The notes beneath the pieces were generated by a model. The model was not told the origin of the DNA. It searched no databases and saw nothing but the letters and a program-made list of their open reading frames with translations. The translations under genes were made by a program, and so were the position numbers. This document shows, in pieces, positions 46,189 through 56,660 of a stretch of DNA of 64,000 nucleotides (the first letter of the stretch is position 1; the number at the start of each line of letters is the position of its first letter). Source of the stretch: a virus (lineage: Duplodnaviria > Caudoviricetes); the IMG/VR virus record IMGVR_UViG_3300037439_000116, positions 4,562-68,561 of that record; one strand, 5' to 3'.

Positions 46189-49100
46189 TGGTGGCTCTCG
46201 CCTCCGCCTTCGTGCGCCTGAGGCCCCAGCCGGACTCGACGGAGTTCCGCAAGCAGGGTGCCAAGATGGGCACCGAGGCGGGCACGGCCGCGGGCAGGAC
46301 GTTCGGCGACGGGTTCTCCAAGGACGCGACCGGACGCCTGCGGACCGCCAACGGCAAGTTCGCCACGGACGCCAAGAAGGCACTCGGGGCGGCTGGCGGC
46401 GCCTCGGGGTCGTCCTTCGGTGACGGGTTCTACCGCGACGCATCCGGCAAGCTGCGGCAGGCCAACGGACGGTTCGCCACCGACGCACAGAAGCGCATGC
46501 TCGAAGGCGGCGGCGCGGCGGGCGCAAGCTTCGGCGACGCCTTCAACCGCGAGGGCGGCGGGCGCATCCGCAAGGGCTTCAGCTCGCTGAAGAACGAGCT
46601 CGGCCCGCTGCTCGTGCCGCTCGGTGTGGCCGGCGCGGTGGCCGCCATCGGGAAGATCGGCATCGAGTACGAGAACAACCTCAACACGCTCAAGGCCGTG
46701 ACCAACGCGACCGGGGCCGAGATGGCCAAGGTCTCGGAGCGGGCACGTGCGCTCGGCGCGGACATCAACCTGCCCGGCGTCTCGGCCGCCGGCGCGGCGC
46801 GAGCCATGACCGAGCTGAGCAAGGCGGGCTTCACCGTCCAGCAGTCCATGGACGCCGCCAAGGGCACGCTGCAACTGGCCCGGATCGCGGCCATCGGCGA
46901 GGGTGAGGCGGCCGAGATCGCGGCCAACGCCGTCAACGCGTTCGGCATCAAGGCGACCGAGGTGAACAAGGTCGTCGACCAGCTCGCGGCCACGGCCAAC
47001 TCCTCGTCGGTGGAGATCAAGGAGGTCAGCTACTCCTTCAAGCAGGCCGCCGCCGTCTTCTCCGGCGTGCAGGGCCCGGCCATCGGCGCGCAGGAATCCA
47101 TCACCGAGCTCAACACAGCGATCGGCATCCTCGGCAACAACGGCATCAAGGGGTCCGACGCCGGTACCTCACTCAAGCAGATGCTGCTACAGCTGACCGG
47201 CCCGTCCGAGCAGGCCAAGGATCAGATGGCGTTCCTCGCCCTCAACGCGCGCAGCGCGAACATCAGCCTGGAGCAGCAGAACCAGGTGTTGCACGGATCC
47301 AAGAAGGTGCGCGGCGAGGCGCTGGCGCAGATCGCGAAGATGAACCCCGGCATGCAGGACATGGGCGACATCGCCTACGACGCCAACGGCAAGATGCGCG
47401 GACTGCGCGAGATCCTCGACCTGACGGCCAAGGGCACCAAGAACATGACGCAGGAGGAGAAGAACTACGCCGTCACGCAGATCTTCGGCGCGGACGCGTC
47501 CCGTGCCGTGCTGGCGCTGCTCAAGGGCGGGCTGCCCGTCTACGACCAGATGCGGGCCAAGGTCCTGCAACAGGGCTCGGCGGCCAAGGTGGCGGCGGCT
47601 CAGAACGCAGGCCTCGGCGGCGCGATCGACAACGTCAAGAGCCAGTTCGAGAACGCGGCCATCTCGATCTACGACCAGGTCAAGGGGCCGCTGACGCAGG
47701 GGCTGAACGCGCTGGCCGGCGTGCTCGCCCCGCTGGCCGGCGGGATCGCCACGTTCGGCGCGTTCGTGCGCGAGAACGGCGAGACCATCAAGCAATGGGC
47801 CATCGCCATCGGCGTGGTCACGCTGGCCCTCAAAATCAACTCCGCCATGCTCGCGGTCCAAGCCGCCGGCGGCCTGCTGGCCTACGTCAAGGGCATCCGG
47901 ATCGTCACCGGCACCACGCGGGTGTGGGCCGGCGCGCAGGCACTGCTGAACGCCACGCTGCTGGCCAATCCCATCGGGCTGGCCATCGTCGCGCTGGCCG
48001 CGCTCGGTGCCGCGATCTACCTGGCCTACAAGAACTCCGAGACCTTCCGCCGGATCGTCCAGGTCGTCTGGGGCGCGATCAAGACGGCCATCGCGGCCAC
48101 CGTCGACTGGTTCGTCGGCACCGCGTGGCCGTCGCTCAAGCGCGCCTACGACCAGCTCGCCGCTGCGGCGATGTGGCTGTGGAAGAACATCATCCTGCCG
48201 GTGTGGAACGGCATCAAGGCGGTCATCGGCGTCGTCGTGACCGTCGTGCGCGGGTACATCAGCCTGATCGTCGCTGAGTTCCGGCTGATCGCCTCGGTGG
48301 CCACGTGGCTGTGGAAGAACATCTTCACGCCCGTCTTCGCCGCGATCCGCAAGGTCGTCGAGATCTGGTGGTTCGCCATGCGGGTCGCCTTCGCTGCGTT
48401 CGTCAAGATTATCCGGGCCGCCGTCATGCCGGTGGTCCGCTCGGCGGGGTCGTTGTTCTCCACGATCTTCCGCGTCATCCGGGCGGCCGTGTCCGCGTGG
48501 TGGGCCGACATGAAGCGGCTGTTCGGGCTGTTCCGCCAGTACGTCGTTGGCCCACTGATGAACGCCCTGCGCACGATGCTCGCGGGGTGGCGCACGATCT
48601 TCTCGGCCGTGTCGCGGGTCGTGCGCGGATGGTGGACCGGCACCGTATCGCCGATCTTCGCCACCGTGCGGCGCGGATGGCAGGCGCTCGCCGCGGCGTT
48701 CTCCGCCGTCTACAACGGGAAGATCAAGCCACTGTTCTCGGCGTTCATCGGCTTCATGAGGAACAACGTCGCCGGCGCATTCAAGACCGCCGTCAACACT
48801 ATCCGCGCGGCGTGGGCCAAGGTGCAGGAAGCGGCGCGCAAGCCGGTTGCCTTCGTGGTCAACCGGGTCATCAACCCCTTCATCGGCGGCCTGAACGCGG
48901 CGGCCAAGGTGGTCGGCGTCAAGGACCGGATCGCGCCGATCAGCGGGTTCGCCAGTGGCGGGCAGGTGCCCGGATCCCGGCCGCCGGGTGGCGCGGACAA
49001 CCACTTCGCCCGGGTCAAGCAGACCGGCAAGCTGTTCGCCATCGGCAGCAAGGAGTTCATCACCAACTCCAAGAGCACCGAGGCCAACCTCCCGCTGGTC

Positions 49101-50021
49101 AAGGCGATCAACGCCAAGCGCGGCAAGGTGACCCGCGACGACGTGGACCCGTTCCTGGACGGCAACGACGGGCATGGCCGCGGCGATGGGATCGGCGACC
49201 TGTTCAAGAAGATCATGGCTCCGTTCCGGGGCGCGGCCTCGGTCATCGCCGACCCGGGCAAGGCGATGCGCAACGTCGCCAACAGCCTGCTCGCGAAGAT
49301 CCCGGGCAGCGGACAGCTGGTCTCGATGATCCGGTCCGCCTCGTCGCGCCTCATCTCCGGCGCGGCCAACTGGCTCAGCAACCTCGGGCTCAGCGGCGGG
49401 GCGATCGGCGGGGGCGGCGTGGCCGGCGGCTGGAAGGGCATGCAGCGGCTCATCTCCGGGCGCTTCCCCGGGCTCGGCATGATCTCCGGCTTCCGACGCG
49501 GGGCGCGCACCCTCTCGGGCAACCGGTCCTATCACTCGCTCGGCCGCGCGGTGGACTATCCGCCGAACCGGGCGCTGGCTGCGTGGATCCGAGGGACGTA
49601 CGGCGGCAAGACCAAGGAGCTGATCACCCCGTTCCAAGACCTCAACCTGCACAACGGGCGGCCGCACCGCTACACCGGCGCGGTCTGGAATCAGCACAAC
49701 TTCGCAGGCGGCAACGCTCACGTGCACTGGGCGGCGCGGGACGGCGGCCTGGTCACGGGCAAGACCGGCATGCCGGTCAAGCTGTTCGACCAGGGCGGGT
49801 TCTGGCCGTCGGGCACCGCGGGGATCAACCTCTCCGGGCGCACCGAGTACGTGGAACCGAACCGCGACGGCAAGGCGGGCGCGGACTCCGGGCCGGTCCG
49901 CCTGCATCCGGCCGACATCGACCTGCTGGGCCGGGTCATCAGCCGGGAAATGGCCACCACTGTCGGTGCCGCGAATTATGCGGCCGGCCGGCGCACCGGC
50001 CTCTACATCCAGGGGGCATGA
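46188..50021 (+). CDS. tape measure protein with C-terminal peptidase-like domain
   Basis: 1277 aa; TP901-type core (GIKGSDAGTSLKQML), W/F-spaced helical repeats, NPIGLAI; HSLGRAVD...HVHW near C-terminus. Confidence 0.93.
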   Translation: MVALASAFVRLRPQPDSTEFRKQGAKMGTEAGTAAGRTFGDGFSKDATGRLRTANGKFATDAKKALGAAGGASGSSFGDGFYRDASGKLRQANGRFATDAQKRMLEGGGAAGASFGDAFNREGGGRIRKGFSSLKNELGPLLVPLGVAGAVAAIGKIGIEYENNLNTLKAVTNATGAEMAKVSERARALGADINLPGVSAAGAARAMTELSKAGFTVQQSMDAAKGTLQLARIAAIGEGEAAEIAANAVNAFGIKATEVNKVVDQLAATANSSSVEIKEVSYSFKQAAAVFSGVQGPAIGAQESITELNTAIGILGNNGIKGSDAGTSLKQMLLQLTGPSEQAKDQMAFLALNARSANISLEQQNQVLHGSKKVRGEALAQIAKMNPGMQDMGDIAYDANGKMRGLREILDLTAKGTKNMTQEEKNYAVTQIFGADASRAVLALLKGGLPVYDQMRAKVLQQGSAAKVAAAQNAGLGGAIDNVKSQFENAAISIYDQVKGPLTQGLNALAGVLAPLAGGIATFGAFVRENGETIKQWAIAIGVVTLALKINSAMLAVQAAGGLLAYVKGIRIVTGTTRVWAGAQALLNATLLANPIGLAIVALAALGAAIYLAYKNSETFRRIVQVVWGAIKTAIAATVDWFVGTAWPSLKRAYDQLAAAAMWLWKNIILPVWNGIKAVIGVVVTVVRGYISLIVAEFRLIASVATWLWKNIFTPVFAAIRKVVEIWWFAMRVAFAAFVKIIRAAVMPVVRSAGSLFSTIFRVIRAAVSAWWADMKRLFGLFRQYVVGPLMNALRTMLAGWRTIFSAVSRVVRGWWTGTVSPIFATVRRGWQALAAAFSAVYNGKIKPLFSAFIGFMRNNVAGAFKTAVNTIRAAWAKVQEAARKPVAFVVNRVINPFIGGLNAAAKVVGVKDRIAPISGFASGGQVPGSRPPGGADNHFARVKQTGKLFAIGSKEFITNSKSTEANLPLVKAINAKRGKVTRDDVDPFLDGNDGHGRGDGIGDLFKKIMAPFRGAASVIADPGKAMRNVANSLLAKIPGSGQLVSMIRSASSRLISGAANWLSNLGLSGGAIGGGGVAGGWKGMQRLISGRFPGLGMISGFRRGARTLSGNRSYHSLGRAVDYPPNRALAAWIRGTYGGKTKELITPFQDLNLHNGRPHRYTGAVWNQHNFAGGNAHVHWAARDGGLVTGKTGMPVKLFDQGGFWPSGTAGINLSGRTEYVEPNRDGKAGADSGPVRLHPADIDLLGRVISREMATTVGAANYAAGRRTGLYIQGA

Positions 50022-51443
50022 GTGGCGTCGGTCATCCAGTTCGTCAACTCCATCACCGCAAGCCCGACCGTGCGGCTGGACCTGAACAACACCGCGACCC
50101 GTGAGATCCTCCTCGCCAAGGAGGGCATTGACCTCTCGCCGCCGCCGCTGCGCCGCACCGTGATCTCCACGATGATGGCCGACGGCGACTACGTCCCGGC
50201 CGCGGCCTACGGCAACCGCACCCTGAAGATCCCCATCCTCGTCCGGGGGGCCAGCGCGGATGCCGTGGCGAACACGTTGCAGACCCTCGCGCGTGAGCTG
50301 GCGCGGCCGAACAACATCCTCAAGGTCCAGCTCGATGGGGCCACCTCGCCGACGTTCTTCCAGACGTTCGCCGCGCCTGACTACGTCTTCTCGATGCTGC
50401 GGTTGCAACTCGTCGCCAACACCCATGTCATGCTGGAGATCCCGGCCACGCCGTTCGGCATCGGGCTCAAGGAGACCATCAGCGCGGTCACCGTGAACGA
50501 CGACCCCGCTAACGGCACCAACGGCATGAAGTGGGACATCACCGGAGTCAAGGGCGACGTGGAGACGCCCGTGACGATGACGCTGGCCACCGGCGACCTC
50601 TACGACTCCACGGACCCGATCTCGGTCCTGGCCGTGCGCCGGCGCGGCACCGTGGCCAACGTGCCGTTCGTGCTACAAGGCGAGGCGATGGACCTCAGCA
50701 CGGACACGACCCTGCCGGGAACGGACGCGCTGATGTCCGGCTCGGGCAGCTCGTACGCCCGGACCTCGTTCGGCTCCAATGCCACCCTGACCCGGCGCGT
50801 CTACCTGGACCCGTTCCCCACCTCGGCCAGCGTCGACAACCGCGGCACCTACCGGGTACTGGCGTGCGTGCGCCGGTCGTCGGCCAGCGGAAGCATCGGC
50901 GTTCAGCTCGGCTACACCTCGGGCACGGCGGGGATCCTCGTCCAGAACGACTACGTCGAGACGCCGCTCACGGTCAACCGGTGCCACATCGATCTCGGGC
51001 TGATCAGCTTCCCGACGGGGGCTGACCCGGTGTACGACGGCTACAGCAACGTGGAGATGCTGGTGCGGGGGCGGTACATCGAGCTGCGGGTCGGGCGCTT
51101 CTCGGGGTCGTCCAACTTCGACATCGACTACCTCCTGTTCGTGCCCGCCGACGACCAGCTGGCCCTCATCGACTGGGGGGACGCGATCATCACGACCAAC
51201 GAATTCGTCATCGACGGCATCCACGAGCTGATCTACACGCAGAACGTCTCACTCGATCAGGTCTACGGCTCCAAGCCCTCGGTGCTCGCGGGCGGCTATC
51301 CGATGATCTCGCCCGGCGTGACCAACCGGTTCTTCTTCGTGCGCCGTGCCGGACGCGGGGCGCCGACGGCGAAGACCGCGACCACGGCGATCGAGGTCTC
51401 CTACTGGCCGAAGTATCTGACCGTTCGACCGGCCACGACATGA
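50022..51443 (+). CDS. distal tail protein (minor tail)
   Basis: Directly after TMP; YGNRTLKIPILVRG Dit-like motif. Confidence 0.8.
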   Translation: MASVIQFVNSITASPTVRLDLNNTATREILLAKEGIDLSPPPLRRTVISTMMADGDYVPAAAYGNRTLKIPILVRGASADAVANTLQTLARELARPNNILKVQLDGATSPTFFQTFAAPDYVFSMLRLQLVANTHVMLEIPATPFGIGLKETISAVTVNDDPANGTNGMKWDITGVKGDVETPVTMTLATGDLYDSTDPISVLAVRRRGTVANVPFVLQGEAMDLSTDTTLPGTDALMSGSGSSYARTSFGSNATLTRRVYLDPFPTSASVDNRGTYRVLACVRRSSASGSIGVQLGYTSGTAGILVQNDYVETPLTVNRCHIDLGLISFPTGADPVYDGYSNVEMLVRGRYIELRVGRFSGSSNFDIDYLLFVPADDQLALIDWGDAIITTNEFVIDGIHELIYTQNVSLDQVYGSKPSVLAGGYPMISPGVTNRFFFVRRAGRGAPTAKTATTAIEVSYWPKYLTVRPATT

Positions 51444-53044
51444 GCCTCACCATCCCGCTCGCCGTCCGACTGTCGGCCACCAAGGGCGGCGGGCACGTCA
51501 CACGCGACCTGCACGACCTGTCGTTCCGGTCGGTGGTCCCGGGCGGCTACGCGTCCGCGTCCTTCTCGCTGTCCCGGCCGCTCGGCATCCAGCCGGACGA
51601 GATCATGGAGTACGGCAAGGTCGTCGTCTACGACCGGCGCACGGGAGGAACGGTCTGGGAAGGGCGGCTCGAAGACCCGGGCCGCTCGGCGGGCGACGGT
51701 GGGGAGATCTGGCAGATCACCGCGACCGGGCCGGCCACGTACGCCGAGGACCGCACCATCAGCCTGATCTACGTCGACAGCGGCCTCGGCGGCTGGAAGG
51801 TCGGCACCGACTCCATCCCCTCGGTGGACATCCAGATCAGCGAGGACGCCATCAAGATGGGCGTGGCCATGGGCACCACGCACCGGGCCGGATACGCGGG
51901 TCTCGCGGTCTACCACTCGATCGCCTACACCGAGCAGGAACTCGCCCGCGTCCGGGTGACCTTCGTGCCGACGTTCACCTCCATCAACTACGAGTCGTGG
52001 CTCGGCACCTCGATCGGCAACGGCGGCACGACCAACCTCGCGCAGACGGCGATCCTGGGCACCAACACCCAGACCATCGCCCGCGGCGGCGTCACCGCTA
52101 TCCCGGCCGGACACGACACGGTGCGGCTCCGGTTCGTCCGCATGGTCAGCAACATCACGCCGTCCGACGACCTGATCACGTGCCAGTGGTTCCCTGTCGT
52201 CCTCGGGCTGCTCAAGGACGAGAACGGTACCGACATCGTCTCCGGCTACGCCGCGAACACCGTGCTCGCCTCGACGATCATCCGCGACCTGCTCGGGCGG
52301 CTGCTGGACCGGTTCGACGGGGCGGCGGCCAGCATCGAGACCACCTCCGTGGCGATCGACCAGCTCGCGTACCCGGACGGTGCGTCTGCAGCCAAGGTGC
52401 TTGAGGATCTGATGCTGCTCGAACCGGCCTACTACTGGGCGGCGTGGGAGACGCTGGACAGCGGGAAGCATCGGTTCGAGTGGAAGTCGTGGCCCACGAC
52501 GGTGCGGTACGACGCCAGCGTCGTGGACGGGTTCGACTCGCCGGCGGCGACGGGCGAGGTCTACAACGCGGTCACCGTGCGCTGGCTCGACGGTGTCGGC
52601 ACGTCCCGGATCGTGCGGCAGACGCAGACCATCGCCACGCTGTCGGCCGCCGGGATCACCCGCGAGGCGTTCATCGACATCAGCGACGAGGTCGGCTCGG
52701 CGGCCAACGCCGCGCAGGTCGCTGCCACGTTCCTCGCTGCGCATCAGGCACCGATGAACCAGGGCACTCTCACCGTGTCGCGACCCATCATGGATCTCCA
52801 AGCAGGGCGGGCCGTCCAGCCGTGGGAGATCAAGCCCGGCAACTTGATCCGGGTGCGCAACGTACTGCCGCGGATCGACACGCTCAATGCCACCGGCCGT
52901 GACGGCATCACCGTCTTCAAGGTCGCGGCCGTGGAGTTCAACGCCGCCTCGGCGTCGGCCACCTTGGAACTGGACTCCTACCCGATGACCGTGGCCCGGG
53001 CCGTGGCCGAACTGTCCAAGCGGAAGATCACCAGGAAGCGGTGA
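51440..53044 (+). CDS. minor tail / tail hub protein
   Basis: PGGYASASFSL, VWEGRLE, IKPGNLIRV. Confidence 0.8.
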   Translation: MSLTIPLAVRLSATKGGGHVTRDLHDLSFRSVVPGGYASASFSLSRPLGIQPDEIMEYGKVVVYDRRTGGTVWEGRLEDPGRSAGDGGEIWQITATGPATYAEDRTISLIYVDSGLGGWKVGTDSIPSVDIQISEDAIKMGVAMGTTHRAGYAGLAVYHSIAYTEQELARVRVTFVPTFTSINYESWLGTSIGNGGTTNLAQTAILGTNTQTIARGGVTAIPAGHDTVRLRFVRMVSNITPSDDLITCQWFPVVLGLLKDENGTDIVSGYAANTVLASTIIRDLLGRLLDRFDGAAASIETTSVAIDQLAYPDGASAAKVLEDLMLLEPAYYWAAWETLDSGKHRFEWKSWPTTVRYDASVVDGFDSPAATGEVYNAVTVRWLDGVGTSRIVRQTQTIATLSAAGITREAFIDISDEVGSAANAAQVAATFLAAHQAPMNQGTLTVSRPIMDLQAGRAVQPWEIKPGNLIRVRNVLPRIDTLNATGRDGITVFKVAAVEFNAASASATLELDSYPMTVARAVAELSKRKITRKR

Positions 53045-53045
53045 C

Positions 53046-53375
53046 ATGACTCAGCCCATCCCCGTCGCACCCGGCGTCATCGCCGACGTGTCCGTGCTCG
53101 TGCTCTCGGTCAACGAGGGGACGCAGCAGGCGTCCATCCGGGTGATCGACAACAACGGCGGGTTCCTGACCGTCGCCGTGTCCCTGCCGCTCGGCGTGAT
53201 CAAGCCGAAGTCGTTCCAGGTCGTCGTCGGCGACGTGCTCGAATCGACGGACGGTAAACAGATCACCGGCTTGGTCCGCTGGACCGACGGGCTGATGTGG
53301 TCGCCGTCGCCGTCCGGGGTGCCCGCCAACCAGACGACCGGGTGGCGCAAGCTCGGCAACTTCGTGATCCCGTGA
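53046..53375 (+). CDS. hypothetical protein
   Basis: 109 aa between tail and lysin. Confidence 0.65.
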   Translation: MTQPIPVAPGVIADVSVLVLSVNEGTQQASIRVIDNNGGFLTVAVSLPLGVIKPKSFQVVVGDVLESTDGKQITGLVRWTDGLMWSPSPSGVPANQTTGWRKLGNFVIP

Positions 53376-54916
53376 CCATCCACCTCGGCGACGTCGCCAG
53401 CTACCAGGGCAGCATCGGCATCGACCAGCTACGCGCGGCCGGGTTCGGTATCAACCTCAAGGTGTCGCACGGGCTCGGGTCCAAGTCGGTACACCCGTCG
53501 GTGGCCGCCCTGGCCGCGGTGGCACGGGCGGTCGGGATGCCGATCAGCACCTTCCACTGGCTGGACGCGTCGGCGTCGGGCGAGGAACAAGCCGAGTACG
53601 CGTACCGGCGGCTGACGCAGTTCGGGCTGGCGATCGGCACCGTGCATCAGCTGGACGTGGAGGCTCAACCGGCGCCCCCGCTGGCCTCGGTGCGGGGTTA
53701 CCTGAAACGGATGACCGCGCTGCTCGGGCGGCCGGTCGTGCTCTACACCGGCGACTGGTGGTGGGTGCCGCGCGGATGGGATGTGTCCGACCTGACGCCC
53801 TACCTGTGGTCGGCGCCGAACGCCGGTTATCTCGGCAGTTACCCGGGCGACTCGTCGCAGCACTGGCGCGCCGGCTACGGCGGGTGGGCCGACCTGACCG
53901 TCATGCAGTACGCCGTCAAGGAGCTGCCGGGCACGTCGATCAAAGTCAGCATGAGCGCCGTGCGCGACGAGGATGCGTGGCGCGTGCTCACGGGGAAAGG
54001 AGAGAGAGTGTCGTACTCACCGGACAGGATCGCCGAGGCGCGCCGGTTCGTGATGGACACGCTGCGCTCGGCGGGCGAGGACGTGAATCCCGCCTCGTTC
54101 GGCGTCATCGGCGACGACTCGCACGCCAACGCCGGGACCGGCTACCACCTCGGCAAAGACGCACTCAAGAGCAACGCCTACTCGATCGTGGAGTCCAGCC
54201 GCGACCGCAACGGGCTGACCAACGCGGCGGCGGCGTTCGACTGGGGCGCCTTCTCGATCACCGTCAAAGGCAAGCGGCACGACCTCAAGAGCATGAGCCT
54301 CTGGATGGTCGCGCAGTGCAAGGCCAATGCCCCGGACACCCGGGACATCCGGGAGATCATCTACTCGCCCGACGGCCGGACCGTCAAGCGCTGGGACGAC
54401 CTCGGCATCCGCACGACCGGCGACTCGTCGCACACCTCGCACACGCACTTCTCGTGGTACCGCGACTCCGAGAAGCGCGACAAGACGGCGCTGTTCCGGC
54501 GCTACTTCACCGAGATCGGACTACTGGAGGAACCCGACATGCCCATCGACGACAACGACGTGATCACGCTGGCGACCTCGAAGCTGTGGCCGACGCCCGC
54601 GCCGCTACAGGACAGCGTCGGTCCGAAGATCAGCCTTCAGGACCTGCTCGTGCGCACGTTCCTGCGGGCCGAGGGCGCGAACAACACGGCGATGGCGCTG
54701 CGGACGGCGTTCAGCGCGTTCGTCGCGGCCGAGCAGGGCGACGACGCGGCCAAGGCTGCGGCGCTGGCTCAGCTCAAGGCGGACATCGCCGCCGTTCCAG
54801 CCGACGTACTGGACGGCCTCGGCGGATCGCAGCAGTCCGACGCCGAGCTGGCCACGGCCCTGCGCGCCGCGCTCGGTGCCCGGGCGGCGGCCGTCGGGGC
54901 GCTGCTTCAGGAGTGA
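53372..54916 (+). CDS. multidomain endolysin: GH25 muramidase + M15-like peptidase + helical C-terminus
   Basis: GDVASYQG, LKVSHG, QLDVE, LYTG, MQY (GH25); GDDSH..GYH..AAAFD..SHTSHTHFS (Zn peptidase). Confidence 0.85.
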   Translation: MTIHLGDVASYQGSIGIDQLRAAGFGINLKVSHGLGSKSVHPSVAALAAVARAVGMPISTFHWLDASASGEEQAEYAYRRLTQFGLAIGTVHQLDVEAQPAPPLASVRGYLKRMTALLGRPVVLYTGDWWWVPRGWDVSDLTPYLWSAPNAGYLGSYPGDSSQHWRAGYGGWADLTVMQYAVKELPGTSIKVSMSAVRDEDAWRVLTGKGERVSYSPDRIAEARRFVMDTLRSAGEDVNPASFGVIGDDSHANAGTGYHLGKDALKSNAYSIVESSRDRNGLTNAAAAFDWGAFSITVKGKRHDLKSMSLWMVAQCKANAPDTRDIREIIYSPDGRTVKRWDDLGIRTTGDSSHTSHTHFSWYRDSEKRDKTALFRRYFTEIGLLEEPDMPIDDNDVITLATSKLWPTPAPLQDSVGPKISLQDLLVRTFLRAEGANNTAMALRTAFSAFVAAEQGDDAAKAAALAQLKADIAAVPADVLDGLGGSQQSDAELATALRAALGARAAAVGALLQE

Positions 54917-55323
54917 ACGCCCGGAAGCTGTGGCGATCCCTGCGCAAGCGCATCGGCGTGCGGGGGGACGTGCTGCTTGCCTTGGGCGTGATCGATATTG
55001 CGCAGGCGGTCTCGCTGATCCGCGGTGACCCCGGCGCGTCCTACGACTGGTTCGGCTCGGTCATCCCGCTGCCCGCGTGGGCGGCACTCTGGTTCAGCGC
55101 GGCGGCAGTCATCATCTACCACGCCTTCCGCGAGGACGACCACATCGGCTACGTCGCCGCTGTAGGGATCAAGCTGGTCTGGGGTGTCGGCTGCTTCGCC
55201 GCGTGGCTGCTGGCCGACGTGACCGCTCTCGGCGGGGTCTTCTGGCTCATGCTCAGCGTGGTGATCTGGCGGGTTGCCGGATGGCTCGCCCGGGTCGACC
55301 TGAGCGAAAACGGCCAACCATGA
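54913..55323 (+). CDS. multi-pass membrane protein, holin candidate
   Basis: about 4 hydrophobic helices, coupled to lysin. Confidence 0.65.
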   Translation: MNARKLWRSLRKRIGVRGDVLLALGVIDIAQAVSLIRGDPGASYDWFGSVIPLPAWAALWFSAAAVIIYHAFREDDHIGYVAAVGIKLVWGVGCFAAWLLADVTALGGVFWLMLSVVIWRVAGWLARVDLSENGQP

Positions 55324-55706
55324 CGATCGAGATACGCGACCTGATCACGGCGGCGTCGGTCCTCGTCGCGCTGTTCGGGATGCTGCTGGTCAACCGCAAC
55401 GCGAAGCGGGCCCTGCGGCCGGCGGCGGAGAACACCGACCTCACGCGCATCCGGGACCTGCGGGCCGAGCGGGCCGAGATCAAGCAGGAGCTCACCGAGA
55501 CCAGGCAGGAGCTGGAGCTGGTCCGCAACCAGGTCCACCGGCTCAGCATGCAGGTCGAGGAAGCGAGCAACGCGGCTACGCAGGCGTACCGCGACCGGCA
55601 AGAGATGATCCGCTTCGCGCAGATGCCGGGGGTGACGATCGACGATTGGCTGCGCCATTTTGATCGGCCGCCGCCCGAGACCCCGGCGGCGGTCGATAGA
55701 GGATAA
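55320..55706 (+). CDS. membrane-anchored coiled-coil lysis-region protein
   Basis: N-terminal TM followed by heptad repeats. Confidence 0.7.
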   Translation: MTIEIRDLITAASVLVALFGMLLVNRNAKRALRPAAENTDLTRIRDLRAERAEIKQELTETRQELELVRNQVHRLSMQVEEASNAATQAYRDRQEMIRFAQMPGVTIDDWLRHFDRPPPETPAAVDRG

Positions 55707-55713
55707 TTGATCC

Positions 55714-56328
55714 ATGACGATCCGGCCCGAGGCCTTCGACTCACTCCTCTCGATCCAGGAACGCGGAGACCGCGACTGGACGCTGCTCGCTCCTCTGATC
55801 TGGGAGGGCACCAAGGGCGCGCGCTTCGTCGTGCCCGTCGGCTTCGTGACCGACTTCGCCACCGTCCCACGGATCATGCACTGGAAGGTCAGCCCCTACG
55901 GCCCGTACACCCGGGCCGCCGTGTTGCATGACTGGCTGCTTGACCAGCTGGCCGAGTGGCACAAGGTCAACCCCCTCGGGGGGCGAGAGAGCTACAAGCG
56001 CCCCGAGCCGCCGGCGAACTCGCGCGACGTGGACGGGATCTTCCGCCGAGCCATGGAAGACCTCGGAGTCCGGTGGGACCGGCGGTGGGTGATGTGGGCT
56101 GCGGTCCGGTGGGGCGCGCTGTTCAACTCGCGGCGGGCGTACGGGCGTGACTTCCACAAGGACCTGCCGCGCGTGCTGGCCATCTCGCTGCTCATGCTCG
56201 TGACCACCTCGCCCGGCGCGATCGGGGTGCTCATCTCGCTCAGCTTCGAGAAGGCGGCGAACATCGCGCACCTGCTCTTCACCAAGCTCAGTGGCCGGCA
56301 GAGCGCCGGTCCTGCTGAAAGGATCTGA
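55714..56328 (+). CDS. DUF1353-family protein
   Basis: VPVGFVTDFATVPR, AAVLHDWL, DGIFRRAM, MWAAVRWG. Confidence 0.85.
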   Translation: MTIRPEAFDSLLSIQERGDRDWTLLAPLIWEGTKGARFVVPVGFVTDFATVPRIMHWKVSPYGPYTRAAVLHDWLLDQLAEWHKVNPLGGRESYKRPEPPANSRDVDGIFRRAMEDLGVRWDRRWVMWAAVRWGALFNSRRAYGRDFHKDLPRVLAISLLMLVTTSPGAIGVLISLSFEKAANIAHLLFTKLSGRQSAGPAERI

Positions 56329-56330
56329 CC

Positions 56331-56567
56331 ATGGACCACGTCAACGCTCCGGCGGACGGTCGCAAGCGGCTGTTCCGGGACTCGAAGTTCGGCAACATCC
56401 TCAACGGCGCTGCGGTCGCCGCCGCGCTCTACATCGCCGACGCCGTATCCGGCCTGGACGTGACGGCGCTGCCCGACGTGCTGGAGCCGGTCGCCTTCGG
56501 CGTCGTCGGCACGGTCGTCGGCCTGCTCGTCTCGTGGGCTACCTCGCGCCGGGAGCCCACGAGCTAG
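56331..56567 (+). CDS. small membrane protein, holin candidate
   Basis: two hydrophobic helices, last + strand gene. Confidence 0.65.
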   Translation: MDHVNAPADGRKRLFRDSKFGNILNGAAVAAALYIADAVSGLDVTALPDVLEPVAFGVVGTVVGLLVSWATSRREPTS

Positions 56568-56607
56568 CGGACCGCCATCCGCGAGTCCGGTCCACCCGTC
56601 CGGGCGC

Positions 56608-56650
56608 AGAACGGCCCCGCCTCCTTTTCGGGAGCGCGGGGCCGTTTTCT
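56608..56650. terminator. terminator between converging late and right-arm transcripts
   Basis: AGAACGGCCCCGC...GCGGGGCCGTTTTCT hairpin. Confidence 0.75.
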
Positions 56651-56660
56651 GTATGCGCAG

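Noticed and set aside
46313-46490. Two (R/K)DAxG(R/K)LRxANG(R/K)FATDA repeats in the TMP N-terminus
   Set aside because: A protein-level duplication of a motif type I recognise in actinophage tape measures; no sign of a separate function.
47187-50426. 1079-aa minus-strand ORF
   Set aside because: Antisense shadow of the tape measure gene.
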